A stretch of 63,981 nucleotides of DNA, the filler included, from Octopus bimaculoides (Eukaryota): the NCBI RefSeq assembly GCF_001194135.2. It is 4 parts of 3 records of this genome, joined end to end, with 100 filler letters (N's around TTAATTAATTAA, not from the genome) between each part and the next. Parts side by side here need not be neighbours in the genome. Positions count along the whole stretch, not along the records: positions 1 to 16,205 come from NC_068985.1; positions 16,306 to 38,689 come from NC_068988.1; 2 more parts are not named here. The stretch is one strand, 5' to 3'. Each line of letters begins with the position of its first letter. Position 1 is the stretch's first letter. Position numbers and translations under genes: made by a program. Below, one piece after another: positions 13,750 through 24,930 of the stretch. The notes under the pieces are model-generated. The model saw only the letters and a list, made by a program, of their open reading frames with translations. It ran no database searches and was not told the origin of the DNA.

Positions 13750-13964
13750 CTACAACAGAACAAATATATACAGTTGACGTCTTTCAATAGATAAGGTATA
13801 CACCAGAACATCAGCATCAGGTACCTACAACAGAACAAATATATACAGTTGACGTCTTTCAAAAGATAAGGTATACACCAGAACATCAGCATCAGGTACC
13901 TACAACAGAACAAATATATACAGTTGACGTCTTTCAAAAGATAAGGTATACACCAGAACATCAG
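13738..13964. repeat. 75-bp tandem repeat, 3 copies visible and running into a gap, overlapping the POLE 3' splice site
   Basis: The unit AGCATCAGGTACCTACAACAGAACAAATATATACAGTTGACGTCTTTCAA(T/A)AGATAAGGTATACACCAGAACATC recurs at 13738, 13813 and 13888 with one substitution. Confidence 0.95.
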
Positions 13965-16249
13965 NNNNNNNNNNNNNNNNNNNNNNNNNNNNNNNNNNNN
14001 NNNNNNNNNNNNNNNNNNNNNNNNNNNNNNNNNNNNNNNNNNNNNNNNNNNNNNNNNNNNNNNNNNNNNNNNNNNNNNNNNNNNNNNNNNNNNNNNNNNN
14101 NNNNNNNNNNNNNNNNNNNNNNNNNNNNNNNNNNNNNNNNNNNNNNNNNNNNNNNNNNNNNNNNNNNNNNNNNNNNNNNNNNNNNNNNNNNNNNNNNNNN
14201 NNNNNNNNNNNNNNNNNNNNNNNNNNNNNNNNNNNNNNNNNNNNNNNNNNNNNNNNNNNNNNNNNNNNNNNNNNNNNNNNNNNNNNNNNNNNNNNNNNNN
14301 NNNNNNNNNNNNNNNNNNNNNNNNNNNNNNNNNNNNNNNNNNNNNNNNNNNNNNNNNNNNNNNNNNNNNNNNNNNNNNNNNNNNNNNNNNNNNNNNNNNN
14401 NNNNNNNNNNNNNNNNNNNNNNNNNNNNNNNNNNNNNNNNNNNNNNNNNNNNNNNNNNNNNNNNNNNNNNNNNNNNNNNNNNNNNNNNNNNNNNNNNNNN
14501 NNNNNNNNNNNNNNNNNNNNNNNNNNNNNNNNNNNNNNNNNNNNNNNNNNNNNNNNNNNNNNNNNNNNNNNNNNNNNNNNNNNNNNNNNNNNNNNNNNNN
14601 NNNNNNNNNNNNNNNNNNNNNNNNNNNNNNNNNNNNNNNNNNNNNNNNNNNNNNNNNNNNNNNNNNNNNNNNNNNNNNNNNNNNNNNNNNNNNNNNNNNN
14701 NNNNNNNNNNNNNNNNNNNNNNNNNNNNNNNNNNNNNNNNNNNNNNNNNNNNNNNNNNNNNNNNNNNNNNNNNNNNNNNNNNNNNNNNNNNNNNNNNNNN
14801 NNNNNNNNNNNNNNNNNNNNNNNNNNNNNNNNNNNNNNNNNNNNNNNNNNNNNNNNNNNNNNNNNNNNNNNNNNNNNNNNNNGCGACTGCGCGTTCAGGA
14901 CCACTCTGCTTTAGTGGTACCCTTATACTCTGTGTGTTTTCAAACGCATGGATATAGGTGTCAAATTTGTTCCAATAACTTTCGAGTGATAGATAGAGAG
15001 AGAGAGACAGACAGACAGACAGATAGCTCGCTTCAGCCAGTCATGGTATTAGCTGTCAGTAGCCAAAGAATCAACTCAAACCAGCAGTAACGTTCCTTCA
15101 GATTTTTCTACTTTCACTTCTGACAGCTAATACCATGACAGTGCCAATTTTTGTAATGCAAGTATGTAAATATAAAAAGAGTTTATTTGTTAATCAAAAT
15201 TGGCAACTCAGTTTTTGAATGTATTACTTGAATCCCATAAATTTTAAAAATTTCTTTATGCTTTGAAGAGAGAAAATGAAAGAGAAGAGAAAGTGAAACC
15301 ATGACATTTGCTTTGAAGTGAGAGCAGAAAGTAAAAGAAAAGAGAAAGTGAAAGATGTATGTACATGTATATGAAATGTGTGTGTGTGTGCGTGCATGAG
15401 AGAGAGGAGAGTGAGTGAAGGTGTGTTGTTATGTGTAAGTGGTACTCACTCAGTCTTTCTCTGTCCTGCACACACATCTTTTATATATACATACATAAAT
15501 ACATATGCATACATCTTTTTTGTATATATGTGTGTGTGCATGTGAGAGAGAGAGAGAGAGAGAGAGTGAGTGACTATTTCCTCATAATATATAGAGAAAT
15601 GGATATCTTTTAAGGAACACACTCATAGAAAATGTGATGATATTGTCATGGTATAAAATGTTTATGATAATTGACTTATAGAAAAGATGATAATGTAAAA
15701 TTTTTGTAATGTAAATATGTAAATGAAAATTAAGTTTATTTGGTAGTCGTAAGATAACTGGATCTTTTGATACCCTATACGTCAAAACTGGAAACTCAGT
15801 TTTTAAATGCATAAGGAAGAGATGCACACACACACACACACACATAAAAACTCTCTTTTATATATATATATATGGAAGTGTCCCTGTCTATTTCTTAAAT
15901 TTTCTGTGTGTTTATCTCTTCCTGTCGCCTCACCTTCCCTAATATCAGCCACCCTCATTATACCATATTTCCCTGAACCTAACATTTTTGCAGCCCTCTC
16001 ATTTTAACCCTGTAGTTGGTCCATTATTGATTTTTATTGAAATCCAATTAGCCTATAATTGAACTAGATCTTAGTTCAACATGTATACAAAGTTTGGTGA
16101 AAATTAGTTCCCTGGTTTGGGCAGCATGAGAGTAACAGACAGACAGAAATTGCCATTTATATTTAAGATATATGATGGGCTTCTTTCAGTTTCTGCTTAC
16201 CAAATNNNNNNNNNNNNNNNNNNNNNNNNNNNNNNNNNNNNNNNNNNNN

Positions 16250-16261
16250 TTAATTAATTAA
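16250..16261. other. Synthetic assembly spacer (TTAATTAATTAA in a 100-nt gap)
   Basis: Exactly 44 N + TTAATTAATTAA + 44 N. The 12-mer encodes stops in all six frames. Confidence 0.9.
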
Positions 16262-16581
16262 NNNNNNNNNNNNNNNNNNNNNNNNNNNNNNNNNNNNNNN
16301 NNNNNTATATATTAATAATAAGGATTATTATGAAGTTACATATATATATTAATACATTGCATATACATACATTGATTTCATATTCGAGCACAAGTCAACA
16401 TTTTCTTGTGAGGTGCTAAGTCTATTATATCGATCACAGAGCTCAACATGTGCCTACTTTGCCAACTCTGAAAGGATGAAATGCAAAGTCGAACTCGTTG
16501 GAAATTGATATGAGAACGTACAGATGGACAAAATACTGCTAAGCACGGCCTGTTAACGGTTCTACCAGCTCATCGCCTTTA

Positions 16582-16791
<210 letters not shown>

Positions 16792-17918
16792 TTATGCAAA
16801 GATTTTCATATTTACGTATACAATTCTTATATATTTTGACATAAATTTGACAAATATTTATACATTTACATGAATATTTATATAATTTTATATATTGAAT
16901 ATATATATACATAGGCGCAGGCGTGTCTGCATGGTAAGAAGTTTGCTTCCCAACCCCATGCCTTTCGATTCAGTTCAACTCCGTAGCACCCTGGTCAAAA
17001 GTTTCGATTACCTGTTGTCATCCGTAGATTTACAGCTGGAACTTCGTAGCGGCGGTTGGGGTAACAGTATTAATAAAATAGATGTAGTGAGTAAAATATT
17101 TTATTGGCTACGATACATGTTTCGACCCGTTTTGAGTCTCTTCGGGTACATCAATAAAAAGTTTCTTACTAGACAATTTCTGATTCGGTTTTATGTACTG
17201 CTATATGTCCATCAACTTTGAGAATAAGTAAAAAACTAGGAAAAATCGAAACGCAAAAACTTCAAATATATGAAAAATACATGAAAATTATACATTCTAG
17301 TCCAAGGAAAATGACGTAATGAGCCTTCCCTGTTGTAACTGCTAAGAGAAAGAAAAGGATGTTGAAGTTGAAAGGAAGATAATACTTAGACGAATGTTAT
17401 TTCTTGTATTCTTGCTTAGACGCAAATATACACAGATACACACATATACGCACATATACATGTTTGTGTCTATATGCATAGATTCATGCATACATATATG
17501 CGTATATGACTCTAGTGAGTATTTCTTTAATTATTACAACGCGGTTGTTTTGCTGAACGAACACAAATTAACAGCTGTCTGAGGAAGCTGTTCTTGATTA
17601 TTTCTTCTGGTGTGTTCCTGAGACCAGGAAGTATGTCACCTAAACTCCCCTTTCAATCTGAATAAGGGCGAATATTATTTCGATTCTAGCTATAAAAAAA
17701 AAATACGAGAATTAAAATTCATTTTTTTTTTCTACTAAACCGATTCCGTTTTATCTCTATTACTTCTCCAAAACCATCATTCCTTCTATACACGCAGATT
17801 TACATTTGTTTGTTTGTGTGTTGTTGTATTCCCATCCGTTGTAGTTTGCAGAAAGTACTTTCAATGACCTGTAGGAAGAAAATCACGCATTGAATGGGAT
17901 TTGATTCATGTGCGTGTG

Positions 17919-17950
<32 letters not shown>

Positions 17951-18193
17951 NNNNNNNNNNNNNNNNNNNNNNNNNNNNNNNNNNNNNNNNNNNNNNNNNN
18001 NNNNNNNNNNNNNNNNNNNNNNNNNNNNNNNNNNNNNNNNNNNNNNNNNNNNNNNNNNNNNNNNNNNNNNNNNNNNNNNNNNNNNNNNNNNNNNNNNNNN
18101 NNNNNNNNNNNNNNNNNNNNNNNNNNNNNNNNNNNNNNNNNNNNNNNNNNNNNNNNNNNNNNNNNNNNNNNNNNNNNNNNNNNNNNNNNNNNN

Positions 18194-18224
<31 letters not shown>

Positions 18225-19437
18225 GAGAGAGAGAGAAAGAGAGAAAGAAAGGGGTTGAAAAAGAGATACGAGGCAATTCAAGAGCCCCTTTGACTTTAAT
18301 GCATTAATATATGCCAGCTAACACCCAAGATTGGTTGACGTTCTCAATGTCCCCCCTCACTTGCACATTGTCAAAAATTCCATCATCTCACTGCAAACTA
18401 CAATCACTTCCTCAGTGCATTCATTAAACCTATTCGACCCTCGTTCCCATGCTGACTTCTACGCCTCAGGTATTCCGGTATAGACGTTTTAATGTTTTGC
18501 CTTTCACGCATTTTGCACAGGATATCAGTTTTATTGCACCATGTGTAGGGCAATGAACATTGCCATAAATTTCGATACGAACATTTTTCAAAACTACATG
18601 CATATAAATATTTATATGTGTGTGTGTGTTTGTGTGTGTGTGCGAGGGTGCATTCAAAATAGACATTCATGATAGCATTAAATATGGTAGTATTAAAAAT
18701 ATATAAAAACTAAGTTGTAACAGAATGTGAAAACTAATGATGTGCTATTTAAATTCTAAAAGAACTACTATTTTAATGCTATAGGAACATCCTTTGTTGT
18801 ATTTATATATGCATGTATATGTATGTACATATGTATGTATGTTTGTATGTATGTAAGTATGTATGTATGCATGTATATATGATGAATAATCAAAAACAAG
18901 TAAAACACAAGCGGGAGCAGTTTTCTCAAAGACGTTATTTGTTTCACACCTCAAAAGAAGAAGGCAAAAAGAAAAGGCTTTGTGATGTATCAGACATGGA
19001 ATTCCTTATCAGAAATAAGAAGAAAGATGAAAGTAAAGTGTGATGGAAAGAAGTGAAGAAAAATGTTATGGATCGGGTAGAAATGTAGTTCCAATGGGAG
19101 GATGTGGGGGAGACGAGGAGTCATGTACAAATGAAGGAGTATCTGTATAAAGAGAAAGTCATAGGGAATGTGACCAGTGTGGAGTGCAGATAGCAGGCTG
19201 AGTGTATGTGAAAATGTTTGTGTGCACGTGTGCATGTACGTAGTCAGCAATTCCTCGTACTCAATAATGTTTAGCCATCTCATGTAACTTGGATCAGCAT
19301 ATGATTAAGTAAGCTTTTATAAGTCAATTTAAAGGGAAAATATGCTAATATTGCACTTTTGAAGTATGATGACCATCCGAAATAATACCTTGTAGAGAAC
19401 AGCTTGCGAATTGAAGATTTAATACTTGTTTGTTAAA

Positions 19438-19640
19438 TACGAGGGTGTGCTGGAAAATAGAGGAGAATCAGTTAATTATCATTTTATTCAGCTTACTCCC
19501 CTCTCAGATTCACAAACTTATAAACTTATTGCAGCGGTCCATCAGTTTTTAAGCCTTGTAGAAGAACTGGGAAGGCTGGGCCTCTAACCAGACCCTTCGC
19601 AATACCCTTTAAAAAGGTATTTTTCAGCACCCACTCTGTT
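19438..19640. mobile_element. Mariner-type MITE remnant
   Basis: Left end TACGAGGGTGTGCTGGAAAA with a degenerate inverted TTTTCAGCACCC near 19621-19632. Confidence 0.4.
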
Positions 19641-19679
19641 GTAAAGTGGGTTCCTCTCACTAATATGATGTGTGACTGC

Positions 19680-20460
19680 CGTTGTACATTAATTGTTGTT
19701 TTATACTAATAGCCACAAAAGATAGTAGTCATCAAGTACCGTTGTATCTCTTCATATCGGAATAGTAATACACTAACTTCTTCTGTCTTACTATCGCTGA
19801 TAGCTCTACAAGACACCGACTAGAACTGTCGACTCTTAACTCTTCGACCCTTCTTGACGACCGGCCACTGGTCTATTTATAAAAGCAGCTCCTACTACTT
19901 TTTACCTGGAGGGGTATACAGTTTCACTATACAACATCTCCCCTTTTAATTATTTTAATTGACAATCAATTTCTTTTATTCAACCCACCTCCCCCGTTTG
20001 TTTTTATATACTCAATATCTTTTCTACTTAGGGTCTACTTTTAGGAATTCAGTGCTCTTCCTTTTCCTTGTACGTGTGGTTTCGACTTTTTTTTAACGGT
20101 GTTAGAACCTGAAAAGTGTCATATAGTCAATCCATTGGTATTTCCTTATCACTGATTCCAAAGAATTTTAGCATATCTTTGCAAGCACGTATTTTTTTCT
20201 TCACTAGCAACAGTTTATCTGGCAAACATTAATTCTGCTGGTGAACTTCAATCTGGCGCATTTGTGTTCGGAGTTAGCCTGTATACACTAAAGAATTGTT
20301 GGATCGTGTCCTCGTCCGTAGCTCCCTTATTAGCTTTCTTTAAAGCTCTCTTAAAATTGTCCACGAACCGCTCGGCCCTTCCATTCGATCTAGAGTGATA
20401 CGGTGCTATAGTGACTTTATCGCAGAATTTTTTAAACTCACAGGATACAAACTGTGTTCT
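19680..20460 (-). mobile_element. Ty3/Gypsy LTR retrotransposon 3' remnant (decayed integrase, PPT, 3' LTR)
   Basis: About 20200-20460 translates RTQFVSCEFKKFC..TIAPYHSRSNGRAERFVDNFKRALKK..QQFFSVYRLTPN..*SSPAELMFAR*. Polypurine tract AAAAGGGGAGA (19937-19947) abuts TGTTGTA at 19936. The far LTR end is ambiguous (19680 or 19637). Confidence 0.85.
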
Positions 20461-22361
20461 GGGATAGGAGGTAAATGTTGACAGTGGAAGGGGTTTTAGA
20501 ACACGGTGGGGATGGTATACACAGGAAGAAGGGAGTAGGGTATAGGGAGGTGGAAAGAAAGTAAAATTCTAATTGAAAACAATACGTTGTACATAGTAGT
20601 ATATGATGCATTAAGTCGTGGTCAGGTCCCGGTGAAGGTCAATGTGGTTAGGAAAACCTGTATTATTTTATATCTCATCATATTGATCAGGATAATGTAT
20701 TTGACCATTGTGCATCATTTTGAGTCATATGATGTTTTCCTTTTCTCTATGAAACTGATTTAGTTTGTTGAAATAAGAGTTCGTTGTGTACCTAAAGAAA
20801 AAAAAGCATTGTCGCTACTTTTGCAAAATATAAACATTTTTTATATATATACTCACACATGTACAGGTATAAATGAATGTATACATATTTAGTTACATAT
20901 AAAGATGTACATACATACATATATTCACATACACACACATGTATGCATGTGTGCGTGTATGTATATATAGCAGTGGAGGGGGGTTCAGTGTACACAAATT
21001 ATTATAATTGGGTTGCTGCTGCTGAAAAAACACAAAATAACAGCTGTCTCAGGAAGCTGCCCCTGATTACTTCATTTGGTGTCTTCCTGAGACCAGGAAG
21101 TATTTCAAGCGAAGGACCCTTTCAATGCGAATGAAGCCGAATATTAATTCGATGATAGCTCAAAAAATAAATAAATCAGACAAAATAAAAATATAAAACC
21201 AAGAGTCATTTCCGTTTTGCTAAACACCTTTCAGTTTTTATTTCTATAGCAACTCCAACATTTCCCCCCCCCCCATTACTTCTCTATTCACAGATTTCAA
21301 AATTTTTATTGCTTTTTGTTGTTATAGTCCCATTGGTTAAATCTTGGAGGAAGAAACTTTGGAGGGGGAAAATATGGGGTTGTTGTAGGAAACAAATAAG
21401 TTAGTGAATGGCAGTTCGTTTACATTCATACATATCTACATACATGCATACAATCATATATAAGTATATGTATGTATATACATATATATATATATATATA
21501 TACATAAACATATATATGTATCTATATATATACATACTCTTTTNNNNNNNNNNNNNNNNNNNNNNNNNNNNNNNNNNNNNNNNNNNNNNNNNNNNNNNNN
21601 NNNNNNNNNNNNNNNNNNNNNNNNNNNNNNNNNNNNNNNNNNNNNNNNNNNNNNNNNNNNNNNNNNNNNNNNATATATATATATATATATAATATTCGGA
21701 GAGAAAGGGAGAGAGAATGACATATTCATATGCTTTCTTTTACAGAATATAATGTAAATATATATAAATCATATAACAATGATTTCTAAAAATAAGATAT
21801 ATATATCTATATCTACATCTATGTATGTGTGTATGCTTGCAAGTATGTATATATGTATGCAAGCAATATACACACAGATCGAACACATATATTAATTTCT
21901 CCATATCATAGTTACGCATATACAACTCAATTCACAATGAAATCTCACATGCAGAAATTTTTTCGCCCAAGTCTAATATAAACAAAATATTTCTTATAGA
22001 ATATTTCATGACATTTCTTTGAAAAAGCTCATCACATCTGACATATATGTTTTCATACTTCATGACCTTTCTTCGCAAATCTGAAATTTTTCTTTTAATT
22101 TTTTAGAAAAATATTTTCACATGAAAGTAAGTAGTTGATCTAAGACACATAACTCAGCTGACGAATATCTATGGTATATCTTATTCTTCATTTCCATCTT
22201 CTCTGAGTTGTATACTGTTCCTTCTATTCCGCCTCTTTCCCAATTTTGCACAAGATATGCATTTGAGGACTGATAAAGTCGGAAAGCACAAATGTGCACT
22301 CTACATAAAGTGCAGATAAACTCATATGCTTGAAACTTAAATAGCAAATTTTTATGCATTA

Positions 22362-22620
22362 ATCTATACTATATATAAAACAGAGATGTGTGTGTAATCG
22401 CTTATCACGTGAAAACGGCTTCACCATTTACTTCCATACGTGTCATACATGAATAATTTGACCTCGGATAAATCTTAGGTTCTTCATTTGTTTTTTCTTT
22501 ATCTCTAATTAAAAATAAATAATATTGCTTTATATTTAAGATTCACTTCTTTAAAAAGGTTTCTCAATGTCAACTTCCGGTACGGACGTGAAAAAACGGC
22601 GACGTCTCTCACTCTCTACT
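22362..22620 (+). mobile_element. Possible non-autonomous Helitron-like element
   Basis: Begins ATCTATACTATATAAAA and carries CACGTGAAAACGGCT, resembling the 5' ends of short Helitron-derived repeats. The 3' CTAG end is not clear. Confidence 0.3.
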
Positions 22621-22779
22621 TTTAATGTTCGCTTTCTGTAAACAACTACGATCAATTACTGAAACACATATTTACGAAGTTCATAAATTTAAATATTCCG
22701 TACAAGATAGTTTTTAACGTGCTTTTATTTATACGATTTTTGGGCGTTCCATATTCATCACATTCATTCTTTGCAATGT

Positions 22780-22812
<33 letters not shown>

Positions 22813-22949
22813 CTCTCTCTCTCTCTGTGTCTNNNNNNNNNNNNNNNNNNNNNNNNNNNNNNNNNNNNNNNNNNNNNNNNNNNNNNNNNNNNNNNNNNNN
22901 NNNNNNNNNNNNNNNNNNNNNNNNNNNNNNNNNNNNNNNNNNNNNNNNN

Positions 22950-22983
<34 letters not shown>

Positions 22984-24699
22984 CACTCACTCCAGGTTTG
23001 ATTTCGTTCTGAACTCGCACACTTCGTTAATTTCTGTAAATAAATTTTCTATTATTTTTTTTTGGCACGCCGTGTTCAGCTCTATGTATTCGTAGTGAGT
23101 CAGACACGCACATGTGTGTTTCTGTATGTGTGTGTGAGTGAAGGGGTGTGTTGTGATGTCTACGTACATACATAAATACATATGCATACATCTTTTCTGT
23201 GTGTATATCTGCACGTGTGTGTGTGAGAGAGAGAGAGACAGACAGAGAGATGTTTCAGTGACTCTCTCTCTCTCTCACACACACTCACACATACGTACAA
23301 GAAATGTATGACTATTTATGTATGTACGTATAATTGTCGACACATCCCTTCACTGGCTCTGTCTGTCTCTCTCTCTATCTGTCTCTGTCTCTGTCTCTCT
23401 CTCCCTGTCTGTCTGTCTGTCTCTCTCTCTCTCACACACACACAGCACACACGCGCACGCGCGCGTACACACGTGTGTCTTTGTAAATATGTTTGTATAC
23501 ATTTATGTATGTGTGTGTTTGTAAGAGACAGAGTGTGAGTGAGTCAAGGGGTGTGTTGTCATATGCATCCATCATTTTTGGATGTATGTGTGCGTGTGTA
23601 TGTGTGTGAGACAGAGTGAGAGAGCGGTGTGTATGTAGTATTTACTCTCTCTCTTTCTCATACACACGCACACACACACACATACACACAAAGATGTATG
23701 CATATTTATGCATGTACGTATACATGACAACAAACCTCTCTCTCTCTCTCTCTCTCTGTCACACACACACACACACACTTCCATTTCATCTGATGTGTGA
23801 TACTCTGTGTGTGTGCGTGCGCGTGCGTGTGTGCTTTCGTGCGTGCGCGAGGGGTTCCACAATCGCAATTTATTTCAATTACTCTTGTGAGGATATTCAC
23901 GTAAATCATTTTTTTCATTTAATCTACATTTTAATTTTCGTAAATGTTTCCAAGTACCAATGAGGCTTTTTGGCGCATCTTCAATTTTCCAATTCATGAG
24001 ACGTGCCTAGTCATCATTCATCTGAGAGTTCATCTACAGAATGTCTTCAGATTTCTATACAGCATATTTTGCTTCTTTCCTTCCAGTATATAAGCAACAA
24101 TTTCATTTTCGGGCAACGCCGGGTTGCTCTGCTAGTACTGTATAAAGATCATATATGCATGTGGGAGTGTCAAAATGTGTGCGTGTATTCATGTATAATT
24201 GTGCGTATTTTTGTTTATGGAGAAACAGCTTTTCTTTAAAGAGATGGATTGAAGTTGACTGTTATGATTTAATAATTTTTCTTAACCTTTCGTTTCCGGA
24301 CATCAGATACAAGTATTTTGTTTCGAACAATAAATTCCAAAAGTAAGCTTTATCATCAACATGATAATAAAGATTAGATTCATCTTCAGGTTATGACGTG
24401 ATTTGGCTGCTGTGTGGCTCATTGTGTAGAGTCCGGTTTGTGTTTAAATACATTTTCCTGACAATACTAGACGTTAGAATATTAGGATTCATCGGAATTG
24501 CAATTTTAACATCTGTATGATAATTGTAGCCCTGTGCTACGATATTAGTATTACTTCTATAATCAGACTTCTATTTCTGTTGGGAATTCTCTTTCTGTGA
24601 GGTTTCAGTTACGCAACTCATTCCTGGTACCAGCTTCCTTCTGCAACCAAAAATACGTCTATAACAAGAAAACGTTTGAACTGAAGGCTACATCACAAA

Positions 24700-24930
24700 A
24701 ACTAGAAAACATTAGGGATTAAATCCTTATAAACACCGATTATAAACTCCAAAGCTTACTATGTGATGAATACAGTACAATAGATACCAGAAAAAGAAGA
24801 ACCAAAGAACCAACAAAACACTCAAACAAGACGTAAAATATAATGCCTACATAATAATATGCAAGATAGTCAAAGCGGTATATGCAGGACAATACGTTAC
24901 AAAAGTCAACAAGTTACTTAGATAATGACA
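24700..24930 (+). mobile_element. Possible Penelope-like (GIY-YIG) remnant
   Basis: Degenerate KLQSLL followed by NAYIIICKIVKAVYAGQ, resembling the VY.IPC..C...YIGQT GIY-YIG start. Many stops. Confidence 0.35.

Noticed and set aside
13738-13964. 75-bp repeats as a CRISPR array or as a coding repeat (ORF 13722-13961)
   Set aside because: The units are contiguous with no unique spacers, the context is eukaryotic with no cas genes, and the ORF is just an open off-frame of the tandem unit.
17615-17636. TTCCTGAGACC resembling the 5' end of miR-125/lin-4
   Set aside because: It has a seed mismatch, lies on the 3' arm rather than the 5' arm, and there is no let-7/miR-100 cluster nearby.
17798-17870. 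Signal-peptide-like translations of the duplicated modules (FTFVCLCVVVFPSVV / SKFLLLFVVIVPLV)
   Set aside because: There is no in-frame start codon, the phases differ between copies, and T-rich homology explains the hydrophobicity.
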